From Nitrospinaceae bacterium UBA7883 (GTDB lineage Bacteria > Nitrospinota_A > UBA7883): a stretch of DNA of 64,000 nucleotides. The DNA lies in assembly GCA_002500605.1 (NCBI GenBank), contig DLRR01000021.1:130418-194417 (forward strand), written 5' to 3'. This document shows positions 50,506 to 60,749 of the stretch, piece after piece. Position 1 is the stretch's first letter. Each line of letters opens with the position of its first letter. The translations under genes and the position numbers were made by a program. The notes beneath the pieces are model-generated. The model made no database searches. It was not told the DNA's origin and saw only the letters and a program-made list of their open reading frames with translations.

Positions 50506-51387
50506 ATGCAAGTTACCTTAACGAAGATAAAGACATTGTTTAGGGCCAAACCAATGGCAACCACGATAGCAATTTATATAGTTTTTTTTATTGTTGCTTG
50601 CCTGTTATTTTCTTATCTTCGCTTTCCAGCAATAGTGTTTAAGCCTGTAGTAGTTTCTGCTGCCAAAGATTTAGGCATTAACATGGACGTCTCACAAATG
50701 GATCTAGTTTTCCCGCTTGGTCTCTCGATGACAGATGTAGAGGTAATTCCACAAAAACGGGCACGGCGAGGGATACATCTAGAAAAATTAAATATACGGC
50801 CAGCTTTGATCTCAAGCATTTTTGGTAATGAGAAGTACATATTAAAGGCCATGGCCTATGGTGGAACTAGTGCAGCAGAGGTAGGGGTATACGGCAAGGA
50901 TTTAAGTGTTAGCTTCACCTTCGACGATCTTAATCTGGGAGAAGTTGAGTTACTAAAAAAAAGAAAATGGTTTGTACTCTCTACCGCATTATCCGGATCA
51001 GGGAATTTGGAACTTCCTAAAGGGCTGCTTATAAAAGGATCTGGCGATCTGGACGCAAAGTTAAACAGCGGAATTGTCAAGCTTGGTAAAATCTTTGCCC
51101 CTGACGTACAACCAGTAATAGTTTCTTCAGGAACAGCCCGCCTAAAGATGAGGGGAGGTAGAATAGAGTTCAATCGATTCGAGGTGGCAGGGCCCCAGTT
51201 GAGCATCAAAGTAACAGGTAGTATCAACCTTACATCAGCACCTCGACATTCGCGACTAGCTCTTACCGTAGCAATTAATTTAGATAAACAGCTTGCCGAG
51301 CAGCTTGGCCCAATGGGAATGATATTTTCCGAAGGGAAAAAAACATTTCGAGTTGGGGGCACTTTACAAGACCCAATCCTCCGTTAA
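50506..51387 (+). CDS. gspN: Type II secretion protein GspN-like
   Basis: 293 aa with an N-terminal TM. It is the last gene of the gsp cluster. Confidence 0.5.
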   Translation: MQVTLTKIKTLFRAKPMATTIAIYIVFFIVACLLFSYLRFPAIVFKPVVVSAAKDLGINMDVSQMDLVFPLGLSMTDVEVIPQKRARRGIHLEKLNIRPALISSIFGNEKYILKAMAYGGTSAAEVGVYGKDLSVSFTFDDLNLGEVELLKKRKWFVLSTALSGSGNLELPKGLLIKGSGDLDAKLNSGIVKLGKIFAPDVQPVIVSSGTARLKMRGGRIEFNRFEVAGPQLSIKVTGSINLTSAPRHSRLALTVAINLDKQLAEQLGPMGMIFSEGKKTFRVGGTLQDPILR

Positions 51388-51751
51388 TATAAATCTTGTT
51401 CAAGGCAACCTTTTGAGCTGATAAAAGGTTATTACGCTCTTATGATCTGACATCTTTGCCTTCCATTCAATTTAATAATTGTTTGCATGAAATTGTCATC
51501 AATAATTACCATGATAACGTTTTTAAAGCCCATGGGCGCCGTGTATGCCCATTTGCTATTCTTGTGACATATCCGATATACTTTAATTCATTGTTCGCAT
51601 TGAATTTGGGCCATTGGCAGATGGGTTTTTATGCTGATATTTTTTATGTGTGAGTTCAGCCAATCTCTTTACCGTTCCCTTAAGTGTACGGACTCTGATT
51701 GTTATTTTTACCGCTTATTTCTATAAGAATCGTTTTCAAGGAGGTTTCACT

Positions 51752-52711
51752 ATGAAAAAAGTCTTCGTCGCGCTGGTCGCCATTATTTCTATCGTTCTGT
51801 TGGCAGAGACAGCCTTGGCTAAGCGAATATTTGTAACCATCGGGTCCGGCAGTGTAACTGGCGTTTATTACCCGACGGCGGGGGCTATTTCCAAGATAGT
51901 GAACAAAGGCAAAAAAGATCATGGCATCAGAGCCACAGTCGAATCTACAGGTGGCTCTGCATATAACGTGAACGCCATGGCTATTAAAGAACTAGACATG
52001 GCCATAGTCCAATCCGACGTGGGATACCGGGCCTATAACGGCATCGGCGATTTCAAGGGCAAGCAGGTGAAAAAGCTTCGCTCGGTTTTCTCCATACATC
52101 CAGAGCCGTTTCACATTGTCGCCTCCGATAAGAGTGGAATCAGGACTTTTCGTGACCTCAAGGGCAAACGGGTAAACATTGGTAATCCTGGCTCAGGCCA
52201 GCGCTCCACATCTGAGGTCTTATTCGGAGTCACTCCCTTTGGTGTCAATGATATGAAGGTGGAAAGTCTTAAGGCATCGGAGGCTCCCGACTTCCTTCGC
52301 GATGGAAGGATTGACGCATACTTTTACACAGTTGGCATAGGCTCTGCCAATATCATGGATGTGGCCTCTTCCCATAAAGTTAACATCATATCCGTGGGTG
52401 ATCTGGTCATTGAAAAGCTTACTAAAGGCAGGCCATACTTTGTCGCCGTGGATATTCCTGGTAATGTGTACCCTGGTAATCCAAATCCAATAAGGACATT
52501 TGCAGTCAAAGCCACATTGCTTACCACCACAGATGTATCCGATGTAGTGGTATACAACGTTGTGAAAATGGTTTTTGAAAACTTTGAAGAATTCAAGAAA
52601 ACCCACCCCGCCCTCTCCATTCTTACTCCTGATCAAATGATGCAGGGTCTATCGGCCCCATTTCATCCAGGCGCGGTAAAATATTATAAGGAGAGGGGAT
52701 GGATCAAGTAA
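51752..52711 (+). CDS. TAXI-family TRAP transporter solute-binding protein
   Basis: ATG 51752 with RBS AAGGAGG. Signal peptide. RIFVTIGSGSVTGVYYPTAGAI and GKRVNIGNPGSGQRSTSEV are typical of TAXI receptors. Confidence 0.85.
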   Translation: MKKVFVALVAIISIVLLAETALAKRIFVTIGSGSVTGVYYPTAGAISKIVNKGKKDHGIRATVESTGGSAYNVNAMAIKELDMAIVQSDVGYRAYNGIGDFKGKQVKKLRSVFSIHPEPFHIVASDKSGIRTFRDLKGKRVNIGNPGSGQRSTSEVLFGVTPFGVNDMKVESLKASEAPDFLRDGRIDAYFYTVGIGSANIMDVASSHKVNIISVGDLVIEKLTKGRPYFVAVDIPGNVYPGNPNPIRTFAVKATLLTTTDVSDVVVYNVVKMVFENFEEFKKTHPALSILTPDQMMQGLSAPFHPGAVKYYKERGWIK

Positions 52712-53031
52712 TTTTCTCCATGTTTTGGGAACCATCAACACATGGTAACCTTGTATTTGTGAGGTGCAGGCCGTCACCTAGGAAGGTAACAATTTTTTTC
52801 AAATTGAAAAATTAACGAGGTAATAGAAAGCCAGATAGATCGTGGATGAAAATTATCGTATTAATGCAGTAACCTTTGTAGATAGATTCGGCAAAGTAAG
52901 GGTCACTGTATCTGCTTCTGAGACCGGGGATCCTTTCATTGCCGTGTAAACTTCCAGGGTGAGGATTATGCCCGATACAGGACAAGCACACCTTGCCTGA
53001 TTCCGTATATTGGCAGAAATAGTAATTTGTA

Positions 53032-55065
53032 ATGATTAATCATACCCACGGGCGGCAGGATGCGGTTGAGAGCGCGCTTGAAGTGGAGGCTGGCAGAAGG
53101 CATACCCACGGCCCAGCAAAATGGACTCTGGCGGCCCTTTGCGTTGGGTGGTCTTTGTTTCAGTTATCTGTGGCCAGCTTTGTAACTTTGGACGCATGGA
53201 GGGCAAGGGTAATACATATCGCTTTTGCCCTGGCCATTGCCTACCTGGCCTTTCCGGCCAAGAAAAAGTCTAAAGCCATCGATTACATCCCTTGGTACGA
53301 CTGGCTATTGGCCTTTGCGTCTGTTTTGTCGGTAATGTATATAATTTTCGACTTTCAAGGTTTGCACCAACGTCCAGGCATACCCCTGACCCGGGATATA
53401 ATAATTGGGCTATTAGGTGTTGCCTTTATTATGGAAGCCTCTCGCAGATCCCTTGGTCTTGCCCTAACCGTTGTAGCGGGAGCATTCCTCGCCTATTCAA
53501 TGCTAGGTCCATATCTACCCGAGATCATCGAGCATCGGGGTTACTCTATACGCAGAATCGTCGATCATCAGTTTTTAACAACTGAAGGTATCTTTGGTGT
53601 TCCATTGGGTGTATCGGCGGCATTTGTGTTTTTATTCGTGCTCTTCGGCAGCATGCTGGAAAAGGCTGGGGCTGGACAATATTTCATAAACGTCTCTTTC
53701 AGCCTGCTAGGGAGGTTCCGTGGTGGTCCGGCCAAGGCGGCCATACTCTCATCCGGGCTCACTGGCATGGTCAATGGCTCTTCTGTGGCCAACACCGTTA
53801 CTACCGGAACGTTTACCATACCGCTTATGAAAAAAGTAGGGTACCCGGCCGAGAAAGCGGGCGCCATAGAAGTTGCGGCTAGCACTGATGGTCAGCTCAT
53901 GCCGCCAATCATGGGTGCGGCAGCATTTATTATCGCCGAGTTTTTAGGAATTACTTACCTTGACGTAGTTCGAGCCGCCATAATTCCAGCGCTGGCCAGC
54001 TATCTCACACTTTTTTATATCAGCCACCTCGAGGCGCTCAAACTTGGGCTGAAGGGATCGCCCCCAGACGAGATTCCAAGGTTTTGGCCAACATTGCTCC
54101 GTGGTTCACACTTTCTAATTCCTGTTGCCGCACTAGTAATATCGCTTCTGATATTAAAACAGTCCCCTGTGGCAAGCGCCTTCAACGCCATCGTTATACT
54201 TATGGGTGTGATGGTAATTCAATCGCCACTTAATGCGATGATATCCAAACAACCAGTGGGACCGGCATTTTTGGATGCATTTACAGATATCTACCATGGA
54301 CTGGAAAGCGGGGCGAGAAACATGGTTGCCATTGCCGTGGCCACAGCGGCGGCAGGTATAATCGTGGGCACCGTCACACTTACAGGCCTTGGGTTACGGG
54401 TGGTGGAGGTTGTCGAAGCGATCTCCATGGGATCGCTGCCATTAATGCTATTCATAACCGCCATCGCGTGCCTCATGCTTGGCATGGGCCTGCCGACAAC
54501 AGCCACATATATTGTCATGGCCACTCTTACAGCCCCTGTGATCGTTACCTTGGCCGGAGACTCAGGTGTGATGATCCCGCTACTTGCGGTACATCTATTT
54601 GTGTTTTATTTCGGTATTTTGGCAGACGATACGCCACCGGTGGGTCTATGCGCCTATGCCGCAGCGGGTATATCTGGGGCCGATCCAGTAAAAACGGGGA
54701 TTCAGTCTTTCACGTACGATATCCGTGTAGCGTTGCTACCCTTCATGTTCATATACAACAACGAAATTCTGCTCATCGGTGTTGAAAATTTCTGGTATGG
54801 ACTCTTTGTCCTGATCAGTACTGTTGGTGGAATGTATGCTTTCGCCTCGGCCATACAAGGGTACGCCATCAGCAAAATCGGCTGGCCAACCCGGGTTATC
54901 ATGCTGGTAATCACCATCGCGCTTATAAACCCTTATTTGCTAAACGCCGTTATCAAACTTCCCAGCGAGAAGATATACGCCGCCGCTGGATACCTTGTCT
55001 ACGCAGCCATACTGTTATGGCAATGGAGATCAATCCGAGGTAAATCGGAGATTTTGGAAAGATGA
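53032..55065 (+). CDS. TRAP transporter fused permease (TAXI-associated 4TM/12TM fusion)
   Basis: 677 aa polytopic membrane protein paired with the TAXI receptor. Confidence 0.85.
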   Translation: MINHTHGRQDAVESALEVEAGRRHTHGPAKWTLAALCVGWSLFQLSVASFVTLDAWRARVIHIAFALAIAYLAFPAKKKSKAIDYIPWYDWLLAFASVLSVMYIIFDFQGLHQRPGIPLTRDIIIGLLGVAFIMEASRRSLGLALTVVAGAFLAYSMLGPYLPEIIEHRGYSIRRIVDHQFLTTEGIFGVPLGVSAAFVFLFVLFGSMLEKAGAGQYFINVSFSLLGRFRGGPAKAAILSSGLTGMVNGSSVANTVTTGTFTIPLMKKVGYPAEKAGAIEVAASTDGQLMPPIMGAAAFIIAEFLGITYLDVVRAAIIPALASYLTLFYISHLEALKLGLKGSPPDEIPRFWPTLLRGSHFLIPVAALVISLLILKQSPVASAFNAIVILMGVMVIQSPLNAMISKQPVGPAFLDAFTDIYHGLESGARNMVAIAVATAAAGIIVGTVTLTGLGLRVVEVVEAISMGSLPLMLFITAIACLMLGMGLPTTATYIVMATLTAPVIVTLAGDSGVMIPLLAVHLFVFYFGILADDTPPVGLCAYAAAGISGADPVKTGIQSFTYDIRVALLPFMFIYNNEILLIGVENFWYGLFVLISTVGGMYAFASAIQGYAISKIGWPTRVIMLVITIALINPYLLNAVIKLPSEKIYAAAGYLVYAAILLWQWRSIRGKSEILER

Positions 55066-55081
55066 TGGGCACCATATGTTT

Positions 55082-55095
55082 TCTACTATAGTAGA
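55082..55095. promoter_or_regulatory. Perfect 14 bp palindrome TCTACTATAGTAGA just after the TRAP permease stop
   Basis: Seen directly. It is a loopless palindrome and therefore more likely a protein-binding site than a hairpin. Confidence 0.3.
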
Positions 55096-55233
55096 TCACT
55101 GGCAAGATGTGATTAGGTTTTTAGATAACAATATGTCAACCAACATAAGAAAATTTGACAGTCAATTTTTCTTAGAGCTTCCAATTCTTTTTATTTTTTT
55201 CAGCACTGGCAGTTCACTATCTAACATACATGT

Positions 55234-55992
55234 CTATATCGGATTTGAAACATCCACAAACTCGGAAGTCACATCAAGGTTCTCATTTATCCATTTTGCT
55301 AAAGCCATTGGGCCAAGTCGTTCGGTAGCATGATGACCTGCTGCAACGTAATATATGCCTTCCTCCCGGGCAAGATGATATATCCATTCGCTCTCTTCCC
55401 CAGTGAGAAATACATTTGCTCCTACACTTATCGCTTCGCGTAACAATGACGGCGCACCCCCTGAACATATCGCGATTTTCAATATTGCGCCTGACCCTAA
55501 ACCATAACATTTTGCGTCTGGGTTGATTTTCTTACGCACCGCACTTATAAAATCATCTATGGAAATAGGTCTTTGCGCTTGTGCCAAATAACCTATTGAC
55601 CTGCCATTAAATTCTCCAAAGGGCTTTTCATCAATCAGGTTAAGTGCCCTTACAAGGCCAATATTATTTCCTACTTCTGGATGGCAATCTAGCGGCAAGT
55701 GATATCCTAGCAGGCTGATATCGTTGCTCAGTAATATTTTTAGTCTGGCCTTTAAGCTCCCCCGCACAAGCTTATGATCTGAATCCCAAAACATTCCATG
55801 GTGAACTAATATCGCCTGCGCACCCATGGATACTGCTCTCTCGAATAACTCCATACAAGCGGATACACCCACTACCATCTTGTATATTTCTGCTGCACCT
55901 TCTACCTGCAACCCTTTGGGGCTGGAATCACTAATCGTGCTCACATCCAGAAGCTCATCTAATGTGGCCACCAAATCTTTGAGTTTCATCAT
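55234..55992 (-). CDS. Nif3-family dinuclear metal center protein (YqfO/YbgI-like)
   Basis: Starts MMKLKDLVATLDELLD...LQVEG...AQAILVHHGMFW, with a conserved C-terminal HH...E metal site. The ORF-track extension to 56151 is rejected. Confidence 0.8.
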   Translation of the reverse strand: MMKLKDLVATLDELLDVSTISDSSPKGLQVEGAAEIYKMVVGVSACMELFERAVSMGAQAILVHHGMFWDSDHKLVRGSLKARLKILLSNDISLLGYHLPLDCHPEVGNNIGLVRALNLIDEKPFGEFNGRSIGYLAQAQRPISIDDFISAVRKKINPDAKCYGLGSGAILKIAICSGGAPSLLREAISVGANVFLTGEESEWIYHLAREEGIYYVAAGHHATERLGPMALAKWINENLDVTSEFVDVSNPI

Positions 55993-56117
55993 TTTTGTAA
56001 TTCTCTCTAATTCAGTTGTCAGGTTAGTTAACAGTTTACAACAAAGCTGGGCCAAGGTTTTAACCACATTTGATATAATCCTTATTTTACTATTAAGATC
56101 GATAAAGCAGCAAAGAA

Positions 56118-57047
56118 ATGAACCGAGTAGCAGCCATAGATCTTGGGACAAATACCATTCGTATCCTTGTGGTCAAACCCAATCAGGCTGGGTACGATAC
56201 CCTTTACTCAGATCAGAGAATCACCCGCCTAGGGGAAAACCTGGAAAACAGTGGCTTTCTAGACCAGAGAGCCATGGAACGAACCACAAAGGCTATAGTT
56301 GAAATGTTGGAAAATACAAAAAAATTTGCCCCCACTCGTCTTCGTATCGCAGCTACAAGCGCAGGTCGCACTGCGCAGAACACTGCTGAGCTCGCTGTAA
56401 TGATACAACAAGCCACTGGCTATTGTTTGGAAGTAATTCCTTGGATTGATGAGGCGAGGCTTTCCATGCTAGGTGTGCAATCCCATCTCGATAAAGCGAT
56501 AGGCGATTTTATTCTATTCGATATTGGAGGTGGGAGCACTGAATACATTAGCTCGACTAACGGAACAGTTGCTTCAAGCGCAGGTACAAACCTTGGTGTG
56601 GTGAGGCTTACGGAGAAATATATTACAAAACATCCAGTGGACAACGATGAGTACAAGGCCATGCAACAAGAAGTAGAAACGACGGTTGAACAAGCTTTTA
56701 ATAAACTAGGTGAGAAATCTTATAAATCAATTAGGTCATTAGTGGGTACGGCGGGCACAGTAACTTCTTTAGCAGCAATCGACCTTGGGCTGGTGGAGTA
56801 CTCAGCTCAGTTAGTCAACAACCATGTGTTGACATCTGAAATAATTGATAGAATGAAGAACAAACTTTTTGCCATGGAACTGCATGAGAGGGGTAAAATA
56901 CCTTGTCTGGAAGGTGGGCGTGAAGATCTTATTGTGGCCGGATTTGCCATCATTGAATCAACAATGAAATTAGCTGGGCTAGACCGGATATATGTATCCG
57001 ATTACGGATTACGCGAAGGTTTAATAATAGACATGCTGTATAAATAA
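56118..57047 (+). CDS. Ppx/GppA-family phosphatase (exopolyphosphatase / pppGpp phosphohydrolase N-terminal module only)
   Basis: MNRVAAIDLGTNTIRILVV...DIGGGSTE actin-like ATPase-fold motifs. Confidence 0.8.
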   Translation: MNRVAAIDLGTNTIRILVVKPNQAGYDTLYSDQRITRLGENLENSGFLDQRAMERTTKAIVEMLENTKKFAPTRLRIAATSAGRTAQNTAELAVMIQQATGYCLEVIPWIDEARLSMLGVQSHLDKAIGDFILFDIGGGSTEYISSTNGTVASSAGTNLGVVRLTEKYITKHPVDNDEYKAMQQEVETTVEQAFNKLGEKSYKSIRSLVGTAGTVTSLAAIDLGLVEYSAQLVNNHVLTSEIIDRMKNKLFAMELHERGKIPCLEGGREDLIVAGFAIIESTMKLAGLDRIYVSDYGLREGLIIDMLYK

Positions 57048-57048
57048 A

Positions 57049-57936
57049 ATGAAAAATAAAAGTTTATCAATTCCACTTGCCATTATCGGTGGTAGCGGTG
57101 CACATAGCCTGCTTTCAAAAAATATTATTGGAAAGCCTAAAATAATTACTGGTATTAAAACACCATTCGGTAAAACTGCAAATCTTTATTCCTATAAATC
57201 AAAAGGACTAGAATTTTTATTTCTACCAAGACACGGGTCAGATGGATATAAGACATCTGCTCCATTTGTTAACTATAGAGCCAACATATGGGGTCTTAAA
57301 GAGCTTGGGGTACAACGCATAATTGCTTGGTCCGGACCTGGGGTAATCAATCCAACGTTCGAAGTTGGACATTACGCTGTACCACACGACGTTCTGGATG
57401 TAACCAAAAACCGACCGTCCACATTTTTTGAGAAAGGTGGGTTAGGGTTTATACGCATGAGCCATCCGTTTTGCCCCGATATGCGGCATGCTATTATTTA
57501 TGCCCTTAATCAATTCGGATGTCCACATTATGATGAATCTATATATTGTTGCACTGAAGGGCCAAGACTTGAGACACCGGCAGAGATTAACCTTTATCAC
57601 TCCTATGGGGCTGACCTAGTGGGAATGACTCTGGCTCCAGAAGTTTTTTTGGCCCGTGAATTGGAAATGTGCTATGCAGCTGTGTGTTATCTGACAAACT
57701 TTGCTGAGGGCCTTGCCACTAGAGACTACAAAAGTGGCGTGTTGTTTGAGGGAATGATGACCGACAAAGAAAAAGTGGCTGTGGATAGTTCTCTTGGCAA
57801 GATTCCTAGCATAGTCACATCGGCCTTTCAAGCCATCGTAAATCATGACAGGGAGTGCGATTGTAAAAATGCAATGTTACGTTACCGGGAAAGGGGTGAT
57901 ATTAAAGACGACTGGAGAACATGGATTGACCCATAA
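57049..57936 (+). CDS. PNP/MTAP-family phosphorylase (5'-methylthioadenosine or methylthioinosine phosphorylase)
   Basis: AIIGGSGAHSL...PRHG...NYRANIWGLKELGV and the conserved MTAP core. Adjacent to an MtaD-like deaminase. Confidence 0.8.
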   Translation: MKNKSLSIPLAIIGGSGAHSLLSKNIIGKPKIITGIKTPFGKTANLYSYKSKGLEFLFLPRHGSDGYKTSAPFVNYRANIWGLKELGVQRIIAWSGPGVINPTFEVGHYAVPHDVLDVTKNRPSTFFEKGGLGFIRMSHPFCPDMRHAIIYALNQFGCPHYDESIYCCTEGPRLETPAEINLYHSYGADLVGMTLAPEVFLARELEMCYAAVCYLTNFAEGLATRDYKSGVLFEGMMTDKEKVAVDSSLGKIPSIVTSAFQAIVNHDRECDCKNAMLRYRERGDIKDDWRTWIDP

Positions 57937-57951
57937 TCAGGACTTACTGCC

Positions 57952-59196
57952 TTGGCACAATCACATAAGACACTAAAGGTTTCAGCACCACTAGTAGTAG
58001 CCACCAATAGGCAATGGCTAGAAAATGCGACAATTATAGTTAAAAATGGAATAATTACTGATATCGGACCAACGAGAAACCTTTCAAACGTAAAAGCAGA
58101 TAAAGTAATTAAACTCAAAGAAGGTTTAATATCAGCTGGCCTTGTAAATGCTCATTGCCACTTGGAACTGAGTTTTTTAGCTGGTAAACTCAAACGACGA
58201 ACTCTATTCACCGACTGGATTGAGGACCTCATAGCGGCACGTCTAAAGGCTACAAAAATCACAGTATCTACTGCTACCGCGAAGGCCGCTAGGCGGCTGA
58301 TAGAAATGGGTGTTACTTGTGTTGGTGATGTAACCTCAAGTTTTGACGTCACACCCGTACTGGTAAAGACTGGTCTTCGTGCCACTGTGTACCATGAAAC
58401 ATTGGGATATGATCCGGGAATTGCCAACGAACAGCACAACAATTTAATTTCCAGAGTTTCCTCTGCCACGTGTACTGATCTTATTAGGCTAGGTGTTTCA
58501 CCCCACGCAGCATATTCCGTTTCTGGCGCTTTACTAAAAAAAACTACAGAATACGCAAAAACAAAAAGGCTTCCGCTCACAGTTCACCTGTGTGAAACAG
58601 AAGATGAAACCACGTTTAGCAAATTTGGCAAAGGACCATTCTCACTATTACATAATCGCAGAGGGGTATTTAATGTTAGTGTGCATGGAAAAACACCTGC
58701 CAGGGTTATGGCCGATGGCAATGCATTAGAAAATGCTCTATGTGTGCACTTCAATTATCCTTCAAGGGGTGATATTGCCCTACTGAAGAAAAAAGGTGCA
58801 TCAGTGGTTTTCTGTCCGAACTCGAACAAGTGGTTTAAAAGAAAAGTTAATCATGCACTGCCTAAGTTGCTTAAAAATGGGATTGCCGTTGGATTAGGGA
58901 CCGACTCTCTTGCATCAAATACTGACTTAGATATTCGTGCCGAAGCCAGGCAGGTAATGAAATTATTTCCGGACATGCCTCTAGAAACAGTTTATAAGTT
59001 GATGACAACAGGTGGTGCAAAGGCAATGGGAGTGGATAATGGACTGGGGGAATTAAAACCGAGTTCTCCTTTTGATGCAATCCACTTAAACATAAATGTA
59101 AGTGGGAAAAAAAGTCCGCTACATGCAATAATTGATTCTCGTGGTCCAGTTCTCCGATCATGGGTAGCTGGTAAGGAAATATTTAATAATAATTAA
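57952..59196 (+). CDS. Amidohydrolase-superfamily deaminase (MtaD/chlorohydrolase-like)
   Basis: GLVNAHCHLELSF HxH metal site, with HxH...H...D spacing typical of the family. Confidence 0.7.
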   Translation: MAQSHKTLKVSAPLVVATNRQWLENATIIVKNGIITDIGPTRNLSNVKADKVIKLKEGLISAGLVNAHCHLELSFLAGKLKRRTLFTDWIEDLIAARLKATKITVSTATAKAARRLIEMGVTCVGDVTSSFDVTPVLVKTGLRATVYHETLGYDPGIANEQHNNLISRVSSATCTDLIRLGVSPHAAYSVSGALLKKTTEYAKTKRLPLTVHLCETEDETTFSKFGKGPFSLLHNRRGVFNVSVHGKTPARVMADGNALENALCVHFNYPSRGDIALLKKKGASVVFCPNSNKWFKRKVNHALPKLLKNGIAVGLGTDSLASNTDLDIRAEARQVMKLFPDMPLETVYKLMTTGGAKAMGVDNGLGELKPSSPFDAIHLNINVSGKKSPLHAIIDSRGPVLRSWVAGKEIFNNN

Positions 59197-59215
59197 CACA
59201 AAAAAGCTTTTTGAC

Positions 59216-60616
59216 ATGAATGATATCGTTATCGATTACACAAATATTTTTCAAGAGATCATTGGCGAAGAAAACGGTATTACCGAAGAAGCAATAACAG
59301 CCCTTAATAACAGGGCTAAAGACATTCATAAAGACCTTGTTGCACGAAGGAAATCTGGAGACAAACCATTTTATGATCTACCTTATGAAATGGAAAAGAC
59401 CAATAAACTCATACGGGCAGCCAAACAAATACAAAAGCAGTTTACAACCTTTGTGGTATTAGGAATTGGAGGTTCTGCACTGGGGACAACGGCACTTCTT
59501 ACTGCCCTCGGACACCCAATACATAACAACTTAACCTCAAATAAAAGAAACGGTGCATGCCGCCTATTAGTGGCCGATAACATAGATCCTGATGAATTTT
59601 CTGCACTGCTATCATCACTTAAAATAAGCGACACGGTCTTTAATGTTGTCTCTAAAAGTGGTTCGACTGCTGAAACCATGAGCCAGTTCATGATAGTGCA
59701 AAAGTTGCTTGAAAAAAAACTTGGCGAGAAATGGAAAAAACACATCATCGTTACTACAGATGCTAATAGCGGCACGCTCCGAAACATTGCCGACAAGTTC
59801 AAGTTAAAATCTTTTGTAGTCCCTGATGCAATTGGGGGGAGGTTTACTGTCCTCACCCCCGTGTGTTTATTACCAGCCGCAGCGGCAGGGCTGGATGTGA
59901 TCGGCCTACTCAAGGGAGCAGCAAGGATGGATAAACGATGTAGTAAGGCTGAAATAAGGAAAAATCCAGCATACCTTTTTGCCTCCATACATTACCTCTT
60001 AGACACTACCAGGGGTAAGAAAATAACCGTAATGCTGCCATACTCATATCGCCTTAAAGACGTGTCTGACTGGTTCCGCCAACTATGGGCAGAATCCTTA
60101 GGCAAAAAGGTAGATGTAGATGGCAACCATGTCCACCTAGGTCAAACACCTGTTAATGCATTAGGAGCAACTGACCAGCATTCACAGATACAATTGTATG
60201 TAGAGGGCCCTTTTGACAAGCTAGTTTGCTTCCTTGAGACTGAAAAGTTTAATGCAGATGTAACTATCCCTGAAGGCTTTGAGGATCATCCAGGGATCTC
60301 TTACCTCTCAGGTCATACAATGGCAAATCTTCTTATGACTGAAAAGAGCGGAACTGAGCATGCGCTTGTGATAAATCACAGGCCAAACATGACTATCAGA
60401 CTACCTGAGGTTAATGCCAACAGTGTTGGCCAGCTACTTTACATGCTTGAGGTCTCTACAGCTTTTGCCGGAGGATTATACCGTGTGAATGCTTTTGATC
60501 AGCCTGGGGTTGAGTTTGGCAAGCAGTATGCCTATGCCGTAATGGGTAAGCAAGGATTCGAAAAGAAAAAAGCCGAGTTCGAACAGACAAAGCTCCCTCC
60601 ACGTAAAGTACTATAA
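59216..60616 (+). CDS. pgi: Glucose-6-phosphate isomerase
   Basis: SIS-domain VVLGIGGSALGT and PGI family signatures. 466 aa. Confidence 0.8.
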   Translation: MNDIVIDYTNIFQEIIGEENGITEEAITALNNRAKDIHKDLVARRKSGDKPFYDLPYEMEKTNKLIRAAKQIQKQFTTFVVLGIGGSALGTTALLTALGHPIHNNLTSNKRNGACRLLVADNIDPDEFSALLSSLKISDTVFNVVSKSGSTAETMSQFMIVQKLLEKKLGEKWKKHIIVTTDANSGTLRNIADKFKLKSFVVPDAIGGRFTVLTPVCLLPAAAAGLDVIGLLKGAARMDKRCSKAEIRKNPAYLFASIHYLLDTTRGKKITVMLPYSYRLKDVSDWFRQLWAESLGKKVDVDGNHVHLGQTPVNALGATDQHSQIQLYVEGPFDKLVCFLETEKFNADVTIPEGFEDHPGISYLSGHTMANLLMTEKSGTEHALVINHRPNMTIRLPEVNANSVGQLLYMLEVSTAFAGGLYRVNAFDQPGVEFGKQYAYAVMGKQGFEKKKAEFEQTKLPPRKVL

Positions 60617-60749
60617 ATGGAAATAAGCTAGCCCTATCCTAACTTTTCCCTTCCTGTTTTACGCAGCAGACTCATCGAGTTTCTTTGACGATAAAGATTG
60701 GCGTTATGGTATGATTTTACATGTGATAAGCACCAAGAAGAGGGAAGAA

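Noticed and set aside
52793-52811. TTTTTCA-AAT-TGAAAAA palindrome between TAXI receptor and permease as an attenuator/terminator
   Set aside because: It has an A/T-only 7 bp stem with a 3 nt loop, which is too weak to call a terminator. It is noted only as a possible binding site.
53041-53113. 11 bp direct repeat CATACCCACGG (x2) at the 5' end of the TRAP permease gene
   Set aside because: It lies inside the coding sequence and simply encodes a duplicated HTHG peptide in the N-terminal tail. No structural or mobile-element context.
54995-55333. 112 aa plus-strand ORF spanning the TRAP permease end and the nif3 3' end
   Set aside because: It overlaps the C-terminus of a clearly homologous minus-strand gene (nif3) and the permease stop, and shows no homology.
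55993-56151. ORF-track N-terminal extension of nif3 (MSQDLWLL...)
   Set aside because: Nif3 homology begins at MMKLKDL (ATG at 55992). The extension would overlap the ppx start region and is not conserved in the family.
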